Shown one piece after another: positions 58,926 through 64,000 of a stretch of 64,000 nucleotides of DNA. Numbering within the stretch: position 1 is the first letter of the stretch; each line of letters starts with the position of its first letter. The stretch is taken from NCBI GenBank assembly GCA_963766075.1, contig CAVYAN010000049.1:13598-77597 (forward strand). The letters are read 5' to 3'. The stretch comes from an uncultured cyanobacterium. GTDB taxonomy: Bacteria; Cyanobacteriota; Cyanobacteriia; Leptolyngbyales; Leptolyngbyaceae. The notes under the pieces were generated by a model. It had not been told where the DNA came from. It ran no database searches and saw only the letters and a list, made by a program, of their open reading frames with translations. The position numbers were made by a program, and so were the translations under genes.

Positions 58926-60119
58926 TTACCAGAAATCGTTGTTGCGGGCGTAATTGGGCGGTGTCTCGGGATTGGGGGCAAAGGCTAGCCACAGCGGAAA
59001 TTGCAGCATGGCGAGGCTAATGTATTCCTCAGTTTCGTCGATCGCAATGAAGGGCATTAAGCCTTCTTTAACCAGGCGATCGGCCTTGAGGGCCAGCGGG
59101 GCAGGATCTTCAAACAGGGCAACGCCGCGATCGGGGCCAAAGTCGCTGCGAGTAATGCCCAGACAATCCTGCAAGCCCCGTCGCCATTCGCCCAACCGTT
59201 CGGGGGACTGGGCCAGCACCAGCAAGCGCGCGCGATCGCCATAGAGCGATCGCAGAATGGACATGGCGGCGGACGTAATCAAAATATTTTGCAGACGGCT
59301 ACCCAGGGTGCGCACGGCACCTCGCCCGCCCTGGGTCAGAAACCAGGTGGATACGCGCTCAGCATGAATCGGCTCAAAGGTCCGCCGCAGCAGCCAGGGT
59401 GGCCCGTAGTAGTCAGGACGATTGCGATATTGATCCAGCAGGGTCCGAATCCGTTTAGTTTGCTCTTGAAAGGGGAGTTCGGCAAATCCAGCGATCGCCG
59501 GGGCCTGGGTGGTGAGGGCAGGCTCTGTGGGGAGAGGGCGCTTCGCGGTGAGGGGCTGTTTAGCCGCGAGGGCCGATTGGGAGGCAGAGGGTTGGGAGGC
59601 AGAGGGTTGGGGAGCGAATTGCTGAGCGGGTGGGGGCAATTCAGCAATTTTGGGCAGGTTTAATTGATCGGCAGCGATCGCGAGATCCTGCAAACTGCCG
59701 ACAAGGTATTCCTTAAAGCTTTGAACGCGGATGGCAATTTCCTGGGATGACCCGGCGAAGGACGTGCGCATTTCCGCGCGAATGCGCTCCTGCCGTCGCT
59801 CCAATTGCTCGACGCTGATCTGTAAATTTTGTCGCCGCTGTTCGAGTTCCCGCAGACCATCCTGGATCAGAGTGCCGAGGTCCCGTTGCCCTTGGGCAAT
59901 GTCTGCCTGGAGGCGATCGCGCACCCCTTGGAGATCAGCAATCTCTTGGGCCAAAACTTCTGCGGTCAAAGCTTCTGCGGCCAAAGCTTCTGCGGTTGTC
60001 TGTTGGGGAATGGCCGCCGCCGAGGAAACTGCCGTGGGAATCTCCCCGGAAATTTCTGAAGAGATTTCTGGGGGGACTGTGGCGGCGGGCTCGTCAGGGG
60101 TCCATTCGTCAGCGTTCAT
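58926..60119 (-). CDS. conserved cyanobacterial coiled-coil protein (DUF3086-like)
   Basis: A central coiled coil (LQADIAQGQRDLGTLIQDGLRELEQRRQNLQISVEQLERRQERIRAEM) is followed by a conserved C-terminal domain (YYGPPWLLRRTFEPIHAERVSTWFLTQGGRG...). The DUF number is from memory. Confidence 0.6.
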   Translation of the reverse strand: MNADEWTPDEPAATVPPEISSEISGEIPTAVSSAAAIPQQTTAEALAAEALTAEVLAQEIADLQGVRDRLQADIAQGQRDLGTLIQDGLRELEQRRQNLQISVEQLERRQERIRAEMRTSFAGSSQEIAIRVQSFKEYLVGSLQDLAIAADQLNLPKIAELPPPAQQFAPQPSASQPSASQSALAAKQPLTAKRPLPTEPALTTQAPAIAGFAELPFQEQTKRIRTLLDQYRNRPDYYGPPWLLRRTFEPIHAERVSTWFLTQGGRGAVRTLGSRLQNILITSAAMSILRSLYGDRARLLVLAQSPERLGEWRRGLQDCLGITRSDFGPDRGVALFEDPAPLALKADRLVKEGLMPFIAIDETEEYISLAMLQFPLWLAFAPNPETPPNYARNNDFW

Positions 60120-60263
60120 AATTCGGATCAACTTTTTTCCAGGCAAGCGGCATCAACTTTCGGCCAGCGTCGTTTCAAAATACCAGAAACTTGGACCTCC
60201 CACGCACAATTCCCTAGAGATTGTGCTCTGGGTGTGAGGTCTAGGGCAGGGCGACTGTCTCCG

Positions 60264-60677
60264 CTAAAGGGTGTTGACTTTGGCCAGTGGGATGCGGGTT
60301 TCGAGGCAGGTGGCCAGGGCCTTGGGGTCAAATAAAATCGGGACGAAGTGAATGCTTTTGATTTCTTTGAAGTAGAACAGAATGGGCAAAGGGGGCCAAA
60401 AAATCACCCAGTTTTGCCAATCCGCATAGGGAAATTGTCGAAGCAGCGTTGTCCCCCGGTAGATGTCGAGGGCATCGTCGGTAAACCGGAGACGCAGCGT
60501 TGCCGCCTGGATCAGCAGAAAAACGCCGAACAGGGCGATCGCGCCGCTCAACCAAACTTGGACTGTGAGTAAAGGAATGGCCACCGCGACCAAAGTCAGG
60601 GGCAGGGCATAACTGGGCGCTAGTTCAACGGTTTGAGTCGGTAGCGGGGTTGGGGTTGTAGGGGTCACGGGGGACAC
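60264..60677 (-). CDS. DUF3119-like membrane protein
   Basis: Two TM helices followed by LRLRFTDDALDIY...PYADWQNWVIFWPPLPILFYFKEIKSIHFVPILFD. The family name is from memory. Confidence 0.6.
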   Translation of the reverse strand: MSPVTPTTPTPLPTQTVELAPSYALPLTLVAVAIPLLTVQVWLSGAIALFGVFLLIQAATLRLRFTDDALDIYRGTTLLRQFPYADWQNWVIFWPPLPILFYFKEIKSIHFVPILFDPKALATCLETRIPLAKVNTL

Positions 60678-60760
60678 TCCTGTGGGTGAGAGTTATGGGT
60701 GAGAGAGTGGGTCTTTTGTTATTCTACCGTGTGCTCTTGCCGACAGAGGGTACCGAACCC

Positions 60761-61540
60761 TTACAGCCAACGGGTTAAGTTGACCCGGTAGCGGTCTTTT
60801 TTAGTGATGGCAATCTCGCCAATTTCGACCCGCCCCTTGCCGCGAATGGCGATCAGATCACCGGACTTTACGGTGTGACTGGCACTGCTCATTTCCTTCC
60901 AGTTGACCCGCACATCCCCGCTGGTGATCATGTCGGCCATTTTGCTGCGGGACATGCCAAAGCCGGCTGAGGCAACGGCATCTAGCCGGAGGGAGGCTTC
61001 GGTGGTGGTAATGTCTTTCTTTTTCGGCTCGCGGATTTTCAGCTCACTGAGTTCGATGCGACGGGTTTTGACGGGCACCGATCGCACCTGGTTGAGGCTC
61101 ATTTCCAGAAACTCCACTAGGTCCGGTACGACAATGGCCTGGGCCCCCCGTTCTCCGAGCACAATGATATCGCCCACTTTTTCCCGGACAATGCCCGCCC
61201 CCAGCAAGGCTCCCAAAAAGTCGCGGTGGCTGGCTGGATCGAATAGAAAATTTCCCGCAATTTCCAGGGCGGCCAGGGGAACTTGCTCGGCATCGAGGGG
61301 GAGTTCGCTGCGGGCGATCGCGAATCGTTGCCGCTCGGCCTGGACATATCCTCCGGTTGCGACCCCTTGTACATCCGTCAGGCGATTAAAGATGTGTTGC
61401 ACCTCCATCATTTCAGGAGGCGACAAAAAATCGCTGCAAACCACCTCCCAGGTTTTGATGGCCTGTTCGGCCTGATCAATCACACGGGCAACGGCGTCAC
61501 GATTTTCGACTTTCTTGAGTAACTCTTCTCGGGGCAGCAT
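60761..61540 (-). CDS. photosystem II S4-domain protein (RNA-binding S4 fold)
   Basis: 259 aa. The N-terminus MLPREELLKKVENRD...AIKTWEVVCSDFLSPPE and a C-terminal S4 domain (LRLDAVASAGFGMSRSKMADMITSGDVRVNW) match this cyanobacteria/plastid family. Confidence 0.75.
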   Translation of the reverse strand: MLPREELLKKVENRDAVARVIDQAEQAIKTWEVVCSDFLSPPEMMEVQHIFNRLTDVQGVATGGYVQAERQRFAIARSELPLDAEQVPLAALEIAGNFLFDPASHRDFLGALLGAGIVREKVGDIIVLGERGAQAIVVPDLVEFLEMSLNQVRSVPVKTRRIELSELKIREPKKKDITTTEASLRLDAVASAGFGMSRSKMADMITSGDVRVNWKEMSSASHTVKSGDLIAIRGKGRVEIGEIAITKKDRYRVNLTRWL

Positions 61541-61594
61541 GGTGGAGCGGGGGAAATAGTGCTTAAGAGTATTGCTTGGGAGTATTGTTTGGAA

Positions 61595-62335
61595 TTATTT
61601 CTTGGGATTAAAGGGTAATCCAGCCTGCCAGGGCAGTTTAGTCAACAGAAATTTGCAGCGGAGCCGATAGCGATCGCCGGGATTGGGAGGATGCTGTGAC
61701 TGAGATAGCCGCACGGCTAAATCCAAGTAGAAGGAACGCTTCCGTTGGCGGCGCATGAATTCTTTCCAACGGGTTTTGGCGGAATCGGGAGCCGCTTTGG
61801 CGGGCTCGCCCAGTTTAATGATGACGTCTTTAACTTCGAGTTCTAGGGCGACGGGGGATGTGGATTTATCGTCGCCTTTGCGCTTCAGTTGGTCTTCAGC
61901 CACAATCACCTCTTTGAGGGTGGTTTTAGGGGCGATCGCACTAAACGGCTGTTCTTTAAACAAGTCCACCGTACTGCCCGGAACCACACGGGTAACGCGA
62001 CGAGCCTTCCCGTCTTCATCCGTGAGGGCACTGTAATCCCAATCCACGTAAATGGCACAGTCGGGTGCTTTATTTTCGATGTTGATCGATAGGTTCTTCA
62101 GCTTGTCAAACTCATAGCGCTTATCAAACTTAAACGAAATTTTTAGGATATCCTGCAACCCCAACGCCTCAAGCTGCTCCTTCAGTCCCCCCTCCTTGCG
62201 ATCATCGTCTTTATCGTTATTTTGCTCCAGCATTTCAATTTGGAACTCATCATTGAAGGCATCAATGATTTTGAAAATGAAGAAGGCAAGGCACAATAAA
62301 TATGCGGTCAGAATAATAGGATCAGTAGCATTCAT
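61595..62335 (-). CDS. hypothetical membrane-anchored protein, visibly AT-richer than neighbours
   Basis: 246-codon ORF with an N-terminal TM helix (IILTAYLLCLAFFIFKII), an acidic linker, a beta-rich middle and a basic C-terminus. No family recognised. Confidence 0.5.
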   Translation of the reverse strand: MNATDPIILTAYLLCLAFFIFKIIDAFNDEFQIEMLEQNNDKDDDRKEGGLKEQLEALGLQDILKISFKFDKRYEFDKLKNLSINIENKAPDCAIYVDWDYSALTDEDGKARRVTRVVPGSTVDLFKEQPFSAIAPKTTLKEVIVAEDQLKRKGDDKSTSPVALELEVKDVIIKLGEPAKAAPDSAKTRWKEFMRRQRKRSFYLDLAVRLSQSQHPPNPGDRYRLRCKFLLTKLPWQAGLPFNPKK

Positions 62336-62461
62336 TCTGGAGAAGCGTTAGGGGCGAAAGGTGAGCAATGAGTCAGTGGGCGTAGGGCAGGGGCAGATTC
62401 AAGGGCGATCGGGTCCGGCAATTGGCGCAAACTTGACGAAGCCTGCATGGCACGCGAGAAC

Positions 62462-63676
62462 TCAACGGTTACTTCTGCTGGACGGCGTATTCGACACAAT
62501 GGTGGAGAAATTTTCAAACCATCCCTTGCGCCAGAAAAAGTAAACCAGTCCGCCTGCCGTCACCGCCATGAGGCCCAGGCAGGCGGCATAGCCCCAGTAC
62601 CAGTTGAGTTCTGGCATATTCCAGGGCGACTTGTCGGTATTGAAATTCATGCCGTAGACCCCGGCAATGAAGGTCAACGGAATAAAGATAGACGAGATTA
62701 CGGTTAATAGCTTCATAATTTCGTTCATCTTATTGCCGACAGAGGAAAGATAAACGTCCATCAGACTGGATGCCAGCTCTCGATAGGTTTCTACCATATC
62801 GAGGACTTGGATTGCATGGTCATAGCAATCCCGCAGATAAATTTGCACGTCGGCATGGATCAGATCACTGCCGTCCCGAATTAGGGCGTTAATGGCATCT
62901 CGTTGCGGCCAAATGGCGCGACGCAGCATTAACAATTCTCGTTTGACGTTGTGAATCCGTTCTAGGGTTTGGCGGGTGGGGTTGGCCACGACTTCGCTTT
63001 CCAATTCCTCAATTTCTTCGCCGTAGGCTTCTAATACGGGAAAAAAACCGTCAATGATCGCGTCTAGGAGGGCGTAGGTCAGGTAGTCGGGGCCGTGTTG
63101 GCGGATGGTACCTTTGCTGCTGCGAATGCGTTCCCGGATGGGGCCAAAGCAGTCATAGTGGGCTTCTTCTTGCAGGGTCAGCAGGTAGTGCTGCCCCAGG
63201 ATAAAGCTGACTTGTTCACTAAAAAAGCCGCCGGTTTTCTGGGGGGTGACCATGCGGGCAATCAGCAGCAGTTGATCCTGGTATTCCTCAACTTTGGGCC
63301 GCTGGGGAACGTTGACAACATCTTCGAGGACAAGTGGATGAAGGTTGAAAACTTGGCCAATCTGTCGCAAAATCGCTTCGCTGCCCAAACCCTTGACATC
63401 GACCCAGGAAACGGAGGTGGTGTCTAGGTGGGTGGCACAGTCGGCGGGGGTAATATTTTTCTGACTGATGAGTTGATGTGGATTGTAGTCAATCAAGCTA
63501 ATGATGGGGGGGGCAGAGTTGGGGGGGATTTGCAGGGTCCCGGGAATACTGCCGGGTTCGTCGTAGGCGTAGTCCATGTAGGAGTCAGCATCAGCGGGGC
63601 GATCGCTCCCATTCTGACTATTCCCATCTCTGTAGTCACTCTGGGAACTATCCGGAGGCAAACGTTCTTCTAACAT
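62462..63676 (-). CDS. corA: magnesium/cobalt transporter CorA
   Basis: YGMNF (GMN) motif before the last TM helix, two C-terminal TMs, and a large N-terminal cytoplasmic domain. Confidence 0.9.
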   Translation of the reverse strand: MLEERLPPDSSQSDYRDGNSQNGSDRPADADSYMDYAYDEPGSIPGTLQIPPNSAPPIISLIDYNPHQLISQKNITPADCATHLDTTSVSWVDVKGLGSEAILRQIGQVFNLHPLVLEDVVNVPQRPKVEEYQDQLLLIARMVTPQKTGGFFSEQVSFILGQHYLLTLQEEAHYDCFGPIRERIRSSKGTIRQHGPDYLTYALLDAIIDGFFPVLEAYGEEIEELESEVVANPTRQTLERIHNVKRELLMLRRAIWPQRDAINALIRDGSDLIHADVQIYLRDCYDHAIQVLDMVETYRELASSLMDVYLSSVGNKMNEIMKLLTVISSIFIPLTFIAGVYGMNFNTDKSPWNMPELNWYWGYAACLGLMAVTAGGLVYFFWRKGWFENFSTIVSNTPSSRSNR

Positions 63677-63754
63677 AGGGGCGGCATCGGCGGATTCTTA
63701 TCCCATCCAGTGTAATCACCGATGGGAGGTTTGATGCGGCCAATTCCCGTTCCA

Positions 63755-63786
63755 CAGAAAAAGGACGCTCCTGGGAACGTCCTTCT
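63755..63786 (-). terminator. rho-independent terminator downstream of groEL
   Basis: The minus strand reads AAGGACG-ttcccaggag-CGTCCTT followed by TTTTTCTGTGG. It lies about 85 nt after the groEL stop. Confidence 0.7.
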
Positions 63787-63867
63787 CGATTAAGCTTGCT
63801 TGATTAAATTTGACTAAATACTAGTCAAAGGGCCTTGGCCATTAGCGTTGGCTGAGCGGCTGAGCGA

Positions 63868-64000
<133 letters not shown>

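Noticed and set aside
62336-62461. Possible M-box or other riboswitch near corA
   Set aside because: The corA leader (63677-63760) is too short and shows none of the conserved M-box helices by eye. The sequence between corA and the next gene is only about 125 nt, with no notable structure.

Overview
The window is a GC-rich cyanobacterial chromosomal segment. The HIP1 octamer GCGATCGC is scattered throughout, and gene content and order are typical of cyanobacteria.

Core genes, in order:
- A Hanks-type Ser/Thr kinase.
- The type IV pilus motor operon pilB-pilT-pilC (minus strand).
- grpE-dnaK-dnaJ, translationally coupled to a TusA-like gene and rsgA.
- fabG and a large polytopic membrane protein.
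- A ~2030-codon HstK-type dual Ser/Thr-histidine kinase.
- An NhaP-type antiporter, argD, a Nudix hydrolase and a DUF697-type GTPase.
- Aspartokinase, a class II amidotransferase, clpP and a ~1600-codon TamB-like protein.
- After the accessory stretch: the complete nitrate assimilation operon nirA-nrtABCD-(DUF1830)-narB with a recognisable NtcA-type promoter.
- An HMA metallochaperone, exoD-like, plsY, three conserved cyanobacterial genes of unknown or poorly defined function, corA and the 3' end of groEL.

The only clearly accessory stretch is about 36.2-45.4 kb. It holds MITE-like structured repeats, one nested inside a larger palindromic element, and an unusual array of direct repeats (3 x ~46 bp, then ~7 x 21 bp). 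It also holds a heavily decayed NB-ARC/TPR STAND (NLR-like) gene, an orphan HicB/UPF0150 gene, a multi-repeat cell-wall amidase and a His-rich hydrolase-like ORF. I saw no integrase, transposase, CRISPR array, tRNA or rRNA.

Data-quality caveat: four housekeeping-type genes (lysC, the GTPase, the tamB-like gene and the dual kinase) are each broken by single-base frame changes. Each change can be repaired by altering a short homopolymer run by one base, so many of the frameshifts here may be sequencing or assembly indels rather than biology. The NLR-like gene is different: it also carries substitution-derived stop codons and multi-base indels.

I did not find a compelling, cleanly intact novel multi-gene system. 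The best candidates for follow-up are the repeat array, the NLR-like remnant and the island around them.
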